This document shows, in pieces, positions 13,120 through 28,762 of a stretch of DNA of 64,000 nucleotides. A program made the position numbers and the translations under genes. Source of the DNA: Eledone cirrhosa (Eukaryota); the NCBI GenBank assembly GCA_964016885.1, contig OZ024743.1, positions 81,096,001-81,160,000 of the forward strand. The letters run 5' to 3'. The number at the start of each line of letters is the position of its first letter. Within the stretch, counting starts at the first letter, position 1. Under the pieces are notes generated by a model. The model ran no database searches. It saw only the letters and a list, made by a program, of their open reading frames with translations, and had not been told where the DNA came from.

Positions 13120-13315
13120 AGAAGGAGAGAAAGGGAATGAGAAAAGGATAAGAATAAAGAATCGATCTATTGCTTGACTGGTATTAATATTTATCGATTT
13201 CAAAATGATGAAAGTCAAAGTTGATCTTGTCGAGATTTGAAGTGAGAGCGAAGAAAGATGGAGCGAATGGTGAGAAATATCTCTCGGACATTTTAACAAC
13301 TCAGCCAATTCAGTG
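13120..13315 (-). mobile_element. Degenerate SINE
   Basis: tgactggtatt...ttatcga...atgaaagtcaaagttga...gagatttgaa pattern. Confidence 0.5.
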
Positions 13316-13534
13316 CCTAATATATAGATTTGGTCGATGGTTGTATGAGAAATAACAGGGATATAATGAGGGATATCTCACTATGTTCCATTTCAGTACA
13401 TTTGTTTTGGGAACAAAATATTTAATATACGTATTTCTAGATGTACCATTAAAGTTGGTCCATCTTTATTGTTTCTCACTGAACAAAGGATTGTCTTACA
13501 ATATATTTATATATTTATACAGATACTTGTGAAC

Positions 13535-15118
13535 AATACATACACACATACACACACACATACACACACCCATACATACACACATACACACATACACACA
13601 TACACACACACATACACATACACACACCCATACATACATACGCACACAAACATACACACACACATACATACACACATATACATACACACATACACACACA
13701 CATACACACACAGAACACACACAACACACAAACAACAAAAAACACACACACAACACACACAACACACATAACACACACACAACACACACAACACACAAAC
13801 AACACACAACACACAAGCAACACACAACACACACTAAACACACAACACACATAACACATACACAACACACTCCACACACACACAACACACACAACACACA
13901 AGCAACACACAACACACACTAAACACACAACACACATAACGCACACACAACACACACAACACACACTACACACAACACACACAACACACACACCACACAC
14001 AACACACTATACACACTACACACACTACACACACTACATACTACACACACAACACACACAACACTCACTACACACTACACACCACACACCTCACACTACA
14101 CACTACACACTACATACTACACACTACACACACTACACACACTACACACTACACACTACACACACAACACACACATAACACACACAACACACTACACACT
14201 ACACACACTACACACTACACACTACACACTACACACACACACACTACACACTACACACACAACACACACAACACACACACAACACACACACAACACACAC
14301 ACTACACACACAACACACACAACACACACAACACACACAACACATACACCACACACATATGTGTGAGGGTGTGTGTATAGTGTGTATAGATATGTATGTG
14401 GATGTGTGAGGGCGTGTGTGTAGTGTGTAGTGTGTGTAGTGTGTGGTGCGTGGTGTGTGTAGTGTATGTAGTGTGTGTAGTGTGTGTAGTGTGTGCAGTG
14501 GTGGTGGTGGTGTTAGTGGTGGGGTGGGTGTAGTGGGGGGGGTTATGGTGGTAGTGGCGGTGGTGGTGGTGTTAGTGGTGGTGGTGGTCGTGGTATTAGT
14601 GGTGGTGATGGTAGTGGTGGTGGTGGTGGTGGTGGAGCTGGAGGTGTTGGTGGTGGGGATGGTAGTGGTGGTGGCGGTGGTGGTGGTGGTGGTGGTAGTG
14701 GTGGTGGTTATGGTGGTAGTGGTGGTGGTGGTAGTGGTAATGATGGTGGTGGTGGTGTTAGTGGTGTTGGTGGTGGTGGTGTTGGTGGTGGTAGTGGCGG
14801 TGGTGGTGTTAGTGGTGGTGGTGTTGTTACTGGTGGTGGTAGTGGTGGTGATAGTGGTGGTAATGATAGTGGCAGTAGTAATGGTGGTGATGGAGTTGGT
14901 GGCGGTGTTAGTGGTGGTGATGATGGTGGAGGTGGTGATAGAGGTGGTGGTGGTCGTGGTAGTGGTGGTGGTGGTGGTGGTGGAGGTCGTGGTAGTGGTG
15001 GTGGTGGTGGTGGAGGTCGTGATAGTGGTGGTGATCAAGATACATGTATCACCTTTTCTGTTCGTAATTGAGAGATAAATTTCAAAGGATATATGTATGT
15101 AGAAGTACACAGACATAT

Positions 15119-15160
<42 letters not shown>

Positions 15161-15470
15161 CCCCCACAAACACATATATATATATATATATACATAGAAA
15201 CAGACACACACGCACACAGACACACACACACACACACACCCACACACATACCCTCCCCCATATATATATATATATATATATATACATAGACACAGACACA
15301 CACGCACACAGACACACACACACACACACAGTCACAGACACAAACACACACACAGATACACACACAGTCACATACATTGACACAAACACACACACACACA
15401 CACACACAGTCACAGACATAGACACAAACACACACACAGGCACACACACACAGAAAAACACACACATCTA
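13535..15470. repeat. Compound low-complexity block: (CA)/(CACAA)/(CACTA)n, then (GT)/(GGT)n, then (CA)n
   Basis: Direct reading; the strand composition flips at about 14358. Confidence 0.95.
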
Positions 15471-15786
15471 GACATAAATATGTGTATCACCACCCTCCCC
15501 TACCAATGACACCTTGACTCTTAGTTCAACAATCGATGGTTGAAATAACCCTATTAACCCCACGCAATCACACACATGTCTATCTATGTATGTTAATATG
15601 TATGCATGTGTATATAAATATATATATATATAAATATATATATGTGTGTGTGCGTGTGTGTATGTGTGTAAGTATTGGCGAATTTGATTTGCATATAATT
15701 TGAAAGATTTTCATTTTATTTTTGTTGTATTTTTATATATTTCCACATCTTTGTCCTTGCTTTGTTTTTATTGTATTAGTCTAGCT

Positions 15787-15927
15787 CAGTCATGGTTCGA
15801 CTGCGGCCCGCGAGCCTTATGTAGCCCCTGGGTTTTCTGAATGGCACGCCTAATTTTAAAATTGCCCTGAATTGTTTTGAGCCACGTCCTATGCGGCCCA
15901 CTGCACGAATAATTTTGCCCATACCTG
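15787..15927. mobile_element. hAT (Charlie-like) MITE
   Basis: CAG...CTG ends, subterminal GCGGCCC motifs, 8-bp TSD gtctagct/gtctagcc (15779-15786 and 15928-15935). Confidence 0.75.
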
Positions 15928-16485
15928 GTCTAGCCCGTGGCTTGAAATCTGCTTTTAAATTTACCTGTCCTCCTTTGTGTGAAGTCACATTTCACTACAA
16001 GTATATAACTAATACACGAAATGATGGATGGGACTTTTAGACAAAACTATCCGTTTGAGGTGTGCGATTATCCGCTGATGACGTAATACAGGGTCCAATT
16101 CGTTTATGTCTATAGATATTTCGTAAATCCTGGGAATGAAAGTTGCAATTGTAACTATTATGAGCAGGCAGTAGTTCAGAAACTATCGCTAGGCTGTTAT
16201 ACATAAACATATTATGTCAAGTATATTGTGTTATCTGTTATATATAAACATTTTATGTCAACTATATTTTACAGAAGTTATACAACGGTGGAAATATTTT
16301 GTTATCTGTTATATATAAACATATTATGTCAACCATATTTACTGAGAGAATTTTTACAAAAAAATTACTAAATTTAATCAAATATACTGTGTAAATAACT
16401 TTTTATTTGTTATACTTACTATTTCTTGGTGAAACATGCAACACTATAAACACCACCACCACCACTGCTGCAACTACTACTACTA

Positions 16486-16519
<34 letters not shown>

Positions 16520-17153
16520 CACCAACATCACCTCACACCAAGCCAGTAATGCCCTCTGCTCCTCTATTTTCAGCAGATACTGACAAATCACAAACAGAAA
16601 CAGCAAGTAGATCTATCTTCATATATACACACAGCAATGTACATATATATACACAGCAATGTACATAGAATGTGTAGAAGATCACGCCACCTAGCTTTGA
16701 CTTTGGAGGCAGTCGATTAACTGCCCTTAGTTCTGACGTCAGTAGCTGAATACACACTCTTCGACTTTGTCTCTTGAGGCGACCAGACGTGTTTCACTGT
16801 GGCGAAACACCGATATTGCACCATGCGGTCACGGGATATTTGAACACCGCCACGAAATGATAATTACGAATTACCAATCAAGGAGTAACTGATATGATAA
16901 AGTATTTTGTTTATTGCTCTGATTAAAATGCTCATGTACATATAATCTCGAGGTATATTCTTTTTGCTTAATTGTTTACCTACACCTAACAACACATAGA
17001 AGAGATGTACTAATAGCCAAGCTAGGGAAACAAACTCCCCTCTAAATCGGAAAACAACGCAGCCTTCTAAAAATGGTGATCATCTCTCCTAAAAATATAT
17101 ATACTAATATAAATATGTATATATGTTTATATAGAAACAGAAAATGATATATT

Positions 17154-17270
<117 letters not shown>

Positions 17271-17343
17271 ATATATATATATTTATACATACATTTATAT
17301 ATATATACATACATTTATATATATGCGCATATATATATATATA

Positions 17344-17690
17344 TAAAATAAATTAAAATAAATAAGTCAAATATTTTAAATTTGGCTTCGTTTATTACTG
17401 CTATATATATTTCGGAGACAGCCATCTTTGGCTGTGACCTCATCAGGCAGTCCGAATGAGTGTGGTAGAGACGAGTACACATGTTGTTGAGGTACCACAC
17501 TAATTCGGACTGCCTGAAGAGGTCACAGCAAAAGATGGCTGTCTCCCAAATATATATATAGCAGTAATAAACGAAGCCAAATTTTAAATATTTGACTTAT
17601 TTATTTTAATTTATTTTACATTACTCCGGAGTAACCAAACCAACCTGCGTACTAGGTGTCAGTAAACCACCAACATATACTCAAAATTTA
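17344..17690. mobile_element. Fold-back element with a hammerhead motif in each arm, between (TA)n tracts
   Basis: Arms 17344-17467 and 17493-17618 with a 25-nt loop. The minus-strand hammerhead (17397-17451) is intact; the plus-strand one (17509-17565) has GAAA changed to CAAA. Confidence 0.8.
17397..17451 (-). ncRNA. Type I hammerhead ribozyme
   Basis: actgc-CTGATGA-ggtcacagccaaagatggctgtctcc-GAAA-tatatat-A-gcagt, with a perfect 5-bp stem I. Confidence 0.8.
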
Positions 17691-17704
17691 AATATATATG
17701 TATG

Positions 17705-17753
<49 letters not shown>

Positions 17754-17854
17754 ATTTATATATATGTATATATATTTATAGACGTAGAAATATGAGCATT
17801 GTACATATATATATATATGTGTGTATATGTCCGTCTCTACATCTATGTACTTAA

Positions 17855-18720
17855 ACACTACACCACCGACACCCCCACCCCGACACTACACCACGGCACT
17901 CCACCCCCACCCCCACACATGACCACCGTTACACTACACCACCGACACCCCAAAAAACCCAAACTACACCACCGACACCCCATCCCCCACACATCACCAC
18001 CGACACACTACACACCCCCACACTACACCACCGACACACATTCCCCCACACATCACCACCGCCACCTCAACACCTCACCACCGACACACTTCACCTACAC
18101 ACTACACCACCACCCACACAATACATCACCACCCACACACTACACCACCACCCACACACTACACCACGACCTACACACTACAAACACTACCCACACAATA
18201 CACCCCCACCCACACACTACACCACCACCTACACGCTACACCACCACCTACACACTACATCACCATCCACGCACTACACCACAACATACACACTACACCA
18301 CCACCTACACACAACACCACCAGCCACACACTACACCACCTCCCACACACTACACCAGCACTCACACACTACACCACCACCAACTACACAACCACCTACA
18401 CACTACATCACCACCTACACACTACACCACCACCTACACACTACGCCACGACCTACACACTACACCACCACCCACATACTACACCACAAACCTACACACT
18501 ATACCACCACCTACACACTACACCACCAGCTACACACTACACCACCACATACACACTACACCAGCACTCACACACTACACCACCACCCACTACACCACCA
18601 CGTACACACTACACCACCACCCACACACTACACCACCACCTACACACTACATCACCACCTACACACTAGACCACCACCCACTACACCACCACCTACACAC
18701 TACACCACCACCTATACACA
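17855..18720. repeat. (CAC)/(ACACT)-rich cryptic tandem repeat
   Basis: Recurrent acacactacaccaccacc unit. Confidence 0.9.
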
Positions 18721-19629
18721 AGTTAGAAACTATTAACATCTTCAAGAGATATTGTAAAAGCCATTTTATACTCGCTATAGAAGAGGTCAGCGGATTTAAG
18801 CTGACCTTCCTGATTTCTTGACCCCTCACCAGCTAACGGCTGTTGGTCAGCTGTCCAGTTTTCCATGTAGACATCATATATATATATATATATCGATATA
18901 TATAGATATATGTATATACACATATATATATACACACACACATACACATATATATATATATATATACATATATATATTTACATTTACACATAAATATACA
19001 TACATATGTATGTAATATATATAAATATATACACTATATGTTTATATTTCTACATACAGCCGTACACATATACCACACACACATACACACATTCACATAC
19101 ACACACACATACACGCATCCACATACACGCATCAACATACGCGCATCCACATATGTATCATTTTTGCATTTGCTTTGAAAGATTCTTACTGTGAATTCGT
19201 GTGTTGAAACATATATTGTTATAACAGCGGAGAGTGTGTGCTGGGGTGATACTAACAATAATACAGTAAAACAGACTTGTACCCGTTGGGATCATTATTA
19301 AGCAAGTAACTAATCTCCATCTCAGTCGGTGTAGTAACCGTGTGCTTGTTTTATTGTCAAATCTCTTTCGTCATATATTCTGTGACCTTTTAAAGATTAT
19401 TTCGGCCTAGTGTGTCATCTTTCCTTTCATTCTAGATACTTCTTCACACCACAGAATTAACATTGTGTGTAACTAGAATAAAATCGAAGCGAATAGGGTC
19501 AAAATATTCATTGAGAAGGTCACAATATGTGTAACGAAAGAACTTTGACAATTAAATAACTGTTTGCTTACTAAATGAATCGAGGTATGAATAATCACCT
19601 AACTAACAATAAAACCGAAATAAAACACG

Positions 19630-20935
<1,306 letters not shown>

Positions 20936-21318
20936 TACTAAATAGGTATCAGTGTATTTAGCATGGTCTGGGATATGAAGTATAATAAGAAATCTATTGA
21001 TACAAACCAGCTCGGTCATGAACTAATCTTTGAGGTTATGAACTATCGATTATCTAATGATAATCTACGCCAATTCCTTCAGTTCTGCCATCGCAATTTT
21101 TATATACTTTCGCTAAATCAATTTAAATATATTTCCATGGTAAATTCCTGTAGAGACTTATATCAATTTCTATTGGGAAAGATAAAACTGAGAACTATAA
21201 GAGAACTGAAATATTTTGTATTGCGAAAGTTGATCAAATTTATCTGCAGTCATTTTAAGATAAGCAGGTCAATCATCGCCAAACCCTATTTTAATCATTA
21301 CACACACACAGACATACA

Positions 21319-21449
<131 letters not shown>

Positions 21450-21554
21450 ATACATACACACACATACACACACACACACACACGCACACACACGTACACA
21501 CACACAAACACTCAGACATAGATATAATGGTATGCTGTTGACATTATTTCTGTA

Positions 21555-21727
21555 TTGGGAGTATCGGTAGAGCGTCGGACGCCATGATTTGACGCATAGA
21601 ATTACGGCCCTTGTCATTCTGAGTTCAAATCCCACCGAGGTTAACTTTGTCTTTCATTCTTACGGGGTCGATAAATAAAGTACCAGTAATACACTCGGGT
21701 AATTTGTGCCAAAAGTAGAAACAATTA
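21555..21727 (+). mobile_element. SINE
   Basis: Family match. Confidence 0.85.
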
Positions 21728-22061
21728 TCAGATTGACATGAGAACATCTGGGCTTAATACTAATCTACAGGCTTGTAATTCACATCTGATCTGGTGCTAT
21801 TGCCAACTTGGGCTGTATTTAACATCTAACCTGGCTCAATTATCAGCTTTGCGGCCTAATCGCGTCTCGCCTGGTCCTATTACCAGTTTCAGGGTCTATA
21901 TCTTACTTATTGCCTGGAGATTGCACCATCATGCCGTCTGGGGATATACATTTTAAATCTGACCTGGGCCTTGTACTAGATTTAGCGAGCTATATTTTAC
22001 ACTAAATCTATTACCAGTTTGGGATGGAGTTGTGGGCCTCACTTTAAATCTGATCTTACCC

Positions 22062-22320
22062 ATCCGTTGGGATGGAGGAAACATCGTGGAGGCCAACTGA
22101 AAACATTGGCTTAGGGCGGTGAGGCAAGACGCTGAGTTAATCTTAGGCCCACGCCTCTGTGGAGTTCGGTAATGGAACCGCGAATGGGTGATACTCATAT
22201 CTTCGATAGCGTCGGACCGTCGTGCTTGGTTTGCCTTCATTCGGGATACGGTAAATTCGTTGGACGGAGCCGGCTCAACCGAACCAAGGTGAATCCCGTC
22301 ACACACACACACACACACTG
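22062..22320 (+). mobile_element. RTE-clade LINE 3' terminal fragment
   Basis: Translates to GWRKHRGGQLKHWLRAVRQDAELILGPRLCGVR*WNREW...ASDRRAWFAFIRD, an RTE-type C-terminus. Followed by a (CA)n tail. Confidence 0.65.
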
Positions 22321-22494
22321 ACAGACAGACACACACACAAGTAACAGCTTTCAGGGAGTTAATTTTTACCTTCATCAGGGGGTCCTTTATCAGCACCCAG
22401 GCGCCAATATTTAGCATGTAGTTTGAGCCTATTACTCGCATGGGCAACCTAAACCTTATATCGGGCCTCTGTCTAGTACCAGCTCAAGGACCAT

Positions 22495-23702
22495 ACATTT
22501 GGTCTGAGTCTAATACCAGCTCAAAGACCTTATATTTTACATCTGCTCTGAGCCTAATACCAGCTCAAAGTCCTTATATTTACATCTGGTCTGACCCTAA
22601 TACCAGCTCAAAGACCTTATATTTTACATCTGCTCTGAGCCTATTACCAGCTTAAAGACCTTATATTTTACATCTGGTCTGACCCTAATACCAGCTCAAA
22701 GACCTTAAATTTTACATCTGGTCTGAGCCTAATACCAGCTCAAAGACCTTATATTTTACATCTGGTCTGAGCCTAATACCAGCTCAAAGACCTTATATTT
22801 TACATCTGCTCTGAGCCTAATACCAGCTCAAAGTCCTTATATTTACATCTGGTCTGAGCCTAATACCAGCTCAAAGACCTTATATTTTACATCTGCTCTG
22901 AGCCTATTACCAGCTCAAAGACCTTATATTTTACATCTGGTCTGACCCTAATACCAGCTCAAAGACCTTAAATTTTACATCTGGTCTGAGCCTAATACCA
23001 GCTCAAAGACCTTATATTTTACATCTGGTCTGAGCCTAATACCAGCTCAAAGACTTTATATTTTACATCTGCTCTGAGCCTAATACCAGCTCAAAGACCT
23101 TATATTTTACATCTGGTCTGACCCTAATACCAGCTCAAAGACCTTATATTTTACATCTGCTCTGAGCCTATTACCAGCTCAAAGACCTTATATTTTACAT
23201 CTGGTCTGAGCCTAATACCAGCTCAAAGACCTTATATTTTACATCTGCTCTGAGCCTAATACCATCTCAAAGACCTTATATTTTACATCTGGTCTGACCC
23301 TAATACCAGCTCAAAGACCTTATATTTTACATCTGCTCTGAGCCTATTACCAGCTCAAAGACCTTAAATTTTACATCTGGTCTGAGCCTAATACCAGCTC
23401 AAAGACCTTATATTTTACATCTGCTCTGAGCCTATTACCAGCTCAAAGACCTTATATTTTACATCTGGTCTGAGCCTAATACCAGCTCAAAGACCTTATA
23501 TTTTACATCTGCTCTGAGCCTAATACCATCTCAAAGACCTTATATTTTACATCTGGTCTGACCCTAATACCAGCTCAAAGACCTTATATTTTACATCTGC
23601 TCTGAGCCTATTACCAGCTCAAAGACCTTATATTTTACATCTGGTCTGAGCCTAATACCAGCTCAAAGACCTTATATTTTACATCTGCTCTGAGCCTATT
23701 AC
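22495..23702. repeat. 44-bp minisatellite, about 27 copies
   Basis: Unit acatctg(g/c)tctga(g/c)ccta(a/t)taccagctcaaagaccttatatttt. Degenerate units extend back to about 21740. Confidence 0.95.
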
Positions 23703-24064
23703 AATCTTTACTCGAACCTAATTACTGTTTGTAGTATTATGGGAATGACTTCATTGAACAGAGTACCTTTAGATAAATAAGAACAAGATACAATTGCCAG
23801 TCCACCCCAATGATAGATTACCATTTGTTTAACCAAACAAGTCTACTAGTTAAGCAAAGTGTGTCAACATATTGGTAGTATCATGAGACTTAAGATGTAG
23901 GAGTTGGCCACCATTTTAATAGGTTCAGCCCATTCCCTCTGGAATAACAACACATAAGAAGACTTGTACAAGCCAAATGGCAATACATCTGACAGAGGAC
24001 ATTATATGATAGAAACCTTGCCATATGTCATTTATCACGTCAGAAACATGATGTTGCCATATGT

Positions 24065-24900
24065 CATGTTGTTGTTGTTCTTAGTGGTGGTGTTGGTAGT
24101 GGCGGTGGTGGTTGTTGTTGTTGTGGTGGTGGTGGTGGTGATGTTGGTAGTGGTGATCGTGGTGGTGGTGATGGTGGTGGTGGTGGTAGTGGTGGTGGTG
24201 GCGGTGGTGGTGGTGGGGTTAATGGTGGTGGAGGTGGTGGTGGTGGTGGTGGTGGTGGTGGATGTGTGTTGGTGGTGGAGGTGGTGGTGGTGGTGGTGGT
24301 GTTGGTGGTGGTGGTAGTGGCGGTGGTGGTTGTTGTTGTGGTGGTGGTGGTGGTGATGTTGGTAGTGGTGGTGTTGGTGGTGGTGGTGGTGGTGGTGTTG
24401 ATGGCGGTGGGGATGATGGTGGTGATGGTGGAGGTGGTGGTAGTGGTGGTAGTAGTGGTGGTGGTGGTCGTGATGATGTTGGTAGTGGTGGTGATGGTGG
24501 TGGTGCTGGTGATGGTGGTGGTTGTAGTAGTGATGGTGGTGGTTTTGGTGGAGATGGTGTTTGTGTTGGTGGTGGTGGAGATGGCGGTGGTACTGGTGGT
24601 GGTTGTGGTGATGGTGTTGGTGGAGATGGCGGCGGTGGTGTTGGTGGTGGTGGTGGAGGTAGTGTTGGTGGTGGTGGTGATGGTGCTGATGGTGGTGATG
24701 ATGATGGTGGTGTTGGAGGTGATGATGGTGATGATGGTGGTGGAGATGGTGGTGGTAGTGGTGGAGTCAGTGGTGGTGGTGGTGGTTGTAGTGTTGGTGG
24801 TGGTGATGGTGGTGGTGTTGTTGTTGTTGTTGTTAGTGGTGATGGTGGTGGTGTTGGTGGTGTAGTGGTGCTGTTGCTAGAGGTGATGGTAGTGGTGGAG
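24065..24900. repeat. (GGT)n/(GTT)n/(GAT)n degenerate trinucleotide block
   Basis: Direct reading. Confidence 0.95.
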
Positions 24901-24944
24901 TGATGCCTCTATTGTTGCTGTGTCTTCAGCTCACATGTCTTATA

Positions 24945-25307
24945 CAGTGTTATCACATAGTTCAGTGTTATCACATAGTCCAGTGTTATCACATAGTCCA
25001 GTGTTATCACATAGTTCAGTGTTATCACATAGTCCAGTGTTATCACATAGTTCAGTGTTATCACATAGTTCAGTGTTATCATATAGTCCAGTGTTATCAC
25101 ATAGTCCAGTGTTATCACATAGTCCAGTGTTATCACATAGTTCAGTGTTGTCACATAGTTCAGTGTTATCACATAGTCCAGTGTTATCACATAGTTCAGT
25201 GTTATCATATAGTTCAGTGTTATCACATAGTCCAGTGTTATCACATAGTTCAGTGTTATCACATAGTCTTGTGTTATCACATAGTTCAGTGTTATCACAT
25301 AGTTCAG
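24945..25307. repeat. 18-bp minisatellite, about 20 copies (cagtgttatcacatagt[t/c])
   Basis: Direct reading. Confidence 0.95.
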
Positions 25308-26452
25308 CAGGTTCTAATTGTCGTATCTTACATCAGAAAACTTGTGTGAATCTCTAACTTAGAGAAAATAGATAAAGGTCTAACTTGCCTTCCATTGACA
25401 GTTTCATAGTATTTCACAGTATTCATACAGCAACGGTAAAGGGTTCGTCCCTCAGATCAAAGGAGTTGAACTATTACTCCTTCGGTCTTTCCATTATTAA
25501 TAATCTTCGATTGACAGTTTCATTATTATTATGCTGTTGTTGTTGTTGTTTGATGTGTTGTCACCATCGCTCTTGTTATACTTTGTCCGAGATTGGCCGA
25601 GATTAAAATCTCCGAGAGTGTTTAATTCCTACCAAGTTTTCCTGGATAGAAGTCTCTATTTAATTTATTTGTCAACGGGAGACTTATGAGAAAACAGAAA
25701 CTGAGAACAAAACGCATTAAAAGCAATCACCAAACTCACTCCAACATACCACTGGTACCAACAGCAAACGATATCTACAGCAAAATCAAATTCTAAAATA
25801 TAAGATTCCAACCTAAAAATAATCAATTATTTAGAAACCCACACTCCTTATCCAAAAACTGTTGCAACAGTAACGGACTATTTATTGGAAATTTTAAAAA
25901 AAGAATGAATATACAAAACAACAATATTGAACAAAGGAAATACTGATACAAACTCTTTCGGTGCAACAAGTTGAATATTCAAAGCCAGATATAAACTACA
26001 CATAAACTCATTCCGTAATATAGACAGAAAGAATGTTGATTCTATCGAAAGACATTTCAGCAAAATATAAATATTAATATAAACTGAGCATTAATATACA
26101 GTTGCAACAATTACGTATATGGTATTAGGAAATAGGTTTCTGTGCAGCATGGAAAAACACAACATAATGAACCGCCAAATACAATTCCTGAATAAATGAA
26201 ATAGAAGGTGATGCCACGTTGTGGAAACAAGAATAATTTCATTAAAATGTTATAAGATTGTTCGAATTGTAGTCAGAGTTACCATTTGATAAGAAAACAG
26301 CAGTACTTATGGTAGTAGTGGTACTACAATGTCCCAACAGAACGGGATAGCTTAGCTCTCATTTATGGCGTTTATTGTCCTTTCCTTTACCCTCCTATAC
26401 AGCCAGATCAGCCCTTCTTTAACCATTCCCCGCTTATTTTCATTATTTATGC

Positions 26453-26635
26453 GGATTGGCAGTATCAGTATAGGGTCGGACGCCATGCTTTACAACAAAG
26501 AGTTACGGTCATTTATGGTCTGAGTTCAAATCCCGCCGAGGTTAAGTTTGCCTTTCATCCTTACGGGGTGGATACAATAAAGTACCAGTAATACATTGGG
26601 ATATTTGCTGGCCTTGTGCTAAAGTAGAAGCAATT
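26453..26635 (+). mobile_element. SINE
   Basis: Family match. Confidence 0.85.
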
Positions 26636-27277
26636 GTTTATATAATTAATTATGAAAACCAAATAAATCTTTCAATGAATTAGTCATTTAAAAGAAGGAA
26701 ATATAGAAAGGTCTGATAGAAAGGACATGTTGTCAATAGAAACTGTAGTGATACTAGAGAGAAAATAATGTCAATAAATATATAATTTGTATTACAATTT
26801 AATGAAACAGAATATAATAGTGATGAAATCAAATAACAGAGAAAAGCAAACAACACATCTCTAAGTGAAAAACGTCCACACGACAACAATAAAAATATGT
26901 AACAACTTAAAAGAGTAGGAACTAGAAGATAACCAAAGAAAATATTAGAGAAAAACAGAGAGACGAGCAGGATCCAATGTATTTAAAAGCAGCTTCAGAT
27001 ATCATAGTCGTCTGAAGATATGAATAGCCTGAAACAAATTTGGTGAGAAAAAGTATTAATTTGATATTGAGCCACATACTCTACATCATGTGCTGTGTAC
27101 TAGCCCTCTAGTTTCGCTGACAAAGTCTAACATATGATATATATATATATAACCAATACCGTCTTTTAACTCCTACTTACATGGTATAAACATTGAGCAA
27201 CCGCTTCTTTCTGAAGCTGCCAAATACATTCTATAAGTCTGTCACTAGTCTCCTTTGAGAATTGGTTTTATAGCTCT

Positions 27278-27398
<121 letters not shown>

Positions 27399-27623
27399 AT
27401 AATCATTTCTACAATTTAAGGAAGAACACAACACACCGCCCGGTGCAGAAATTGATACTAGTGCCGATGTAGGCTGCGATACTTCACAATATATATATAG
27501 ATTACTAGATTAAAATATCTTATACACACACATATATATATATATAAGTATATTATATATATATATATAGTATATTATGTTCTTTATTTATGTACAAACA
27601 CGGAACAAAAGCACAACCCACCC

Positions 27624-27684
<61 letters not shown>

Positions 27685-28153
27685 GTGTTTGTATAAACGT
27701 GTGAGGGCGTAGATACGAGAATGTGTCCCATATCGAGCCTCATCTCGATATATGATATGTCTTTCTAGAAACTTCAAATGTATTTGTAAGTTATAGCTGC
27801 ACTGTAAGGAGAATGCTATCACTAGAAATGATCATACGGGTGGAGCTATTTAAATATCAATATCTGCATGAGCAGTTCTTTATGTCCGGGTTTCTGTGTG
27901 ATTATCTCTTGTAAGCCATATGTTTCTATACCTACGTCTATACGGGACTGTCACTGTTTTCGTGGTATGTAAAAACTGGGTCTGTTTACAATTGGTTTTC
28001 TCACATTCTTATTATCTGCTCAATCCTATTAGTTGCCGCCGTAGATACTCTGTCTTTCATCTAATCAAGGACCACATTTATTTATTCAAATATGAGTAAC
28101 AGAAACGTTATTGTAACTAAAAGTAATTAATATATTATTAGTATTACTATTAT

Positions 28154-28474
28154 TGGGTGGGGGTTGGCAGTATCCATAGAGCATTGGACAACATTCTTTG
28201 CGCCATAGAGTTACGGCGCTTTACCGTCTGAGTCCAAATCTCGCCGAGGTTAACTTTGCCTTTCATCCTTACGGGGTCGATAAAATAAAGTACCAGTCAC
28301 GCACTGGGGTCGATTTACTCGACTTCCCCTCACAATGGCCTTGTACCTATAGTAGGAATCATTATATGCCGCCGAGGTTAACTTTGCCTTTCATCCTTAC
28401 GGGGTCGATAAAATAAAGTACCAGTAATGCACTGGGTAATTGCTGGCCTTGTGCCAAAAGTAGTAACAATTATT
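28154..28474 (+). mobile_element. SINE followed by a tandem 5'-truncated copy (28366-28474)
   Basis: gccgaggttaactttgcctttcatccttacggggtcgataaaataaagtaccagt occurs twice, with different 3' tails. Confidence 0.85.
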
Positions 28475-28608
28475 ACCATCGTCATTAATATTTTGATGGC
28501 AAAATATATAAATATGAAAGTAGGTAGTATTATGTGCTTACGCCATATTGGACTAAATAAAGTCTGTTAAGGTTTAAAAAACCCTCTGAATGGAAACAGA
28601 ATGAGTAT

Positions 28609-28679
28609 TGATGTATCTGAGACACGAACCCACATCTTTGATTTGCCGTATCACAGTGCTACCATTACACCAATACGCC
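28609..28679 (-). pseudogene. Degenerate tRNA-like sequence
   Basis: Minus strand ggcgtattggtgtaatggtagcac...gggttcgtgtctc...atacatc has A/B-box-like motifs and a pairing acceptor stem. The anticodon arm is imperfect. Confidence 0.5.
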
Positions 28680-28762
28680 ACCAACCTCTCCTCAATTCAA
28701 ATTAGAAGCTATAACTATATCATATATATATGTGTGTATGTATGTGTGTGTGTGTGTGTGTG

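Noticed and set aside
16060-16170. Hammerhead (CTGATGA...GAAAgttgcaattgtaacTA)
   Set aside because: Stem I does not pair and the base of stem II is poor; at best a decayed relic.
21953-22447. 164-aa minus-strand ORF
   Set aside because: It is antisense to the RTE fragment and crosses a (CA)n tract and degenerate minisatellite units.
22495-23702. CRISPR-like array
   Set aside because: Units are contiguous with no unique spacers, there are no cas genes, and the context is eukaryotic.
24262-24903. Glycine-rich structural protein exon
   Set aside because: Degenerate (GGT)n tract like others in the window, open in multiple frames.
24900-25357. Cys/His-rich (IVQCYH)n repeat protein
   Set aside because: It is the translation of an 18-bp minisatellite that is open in several frames; there is no splice or codon evidence.
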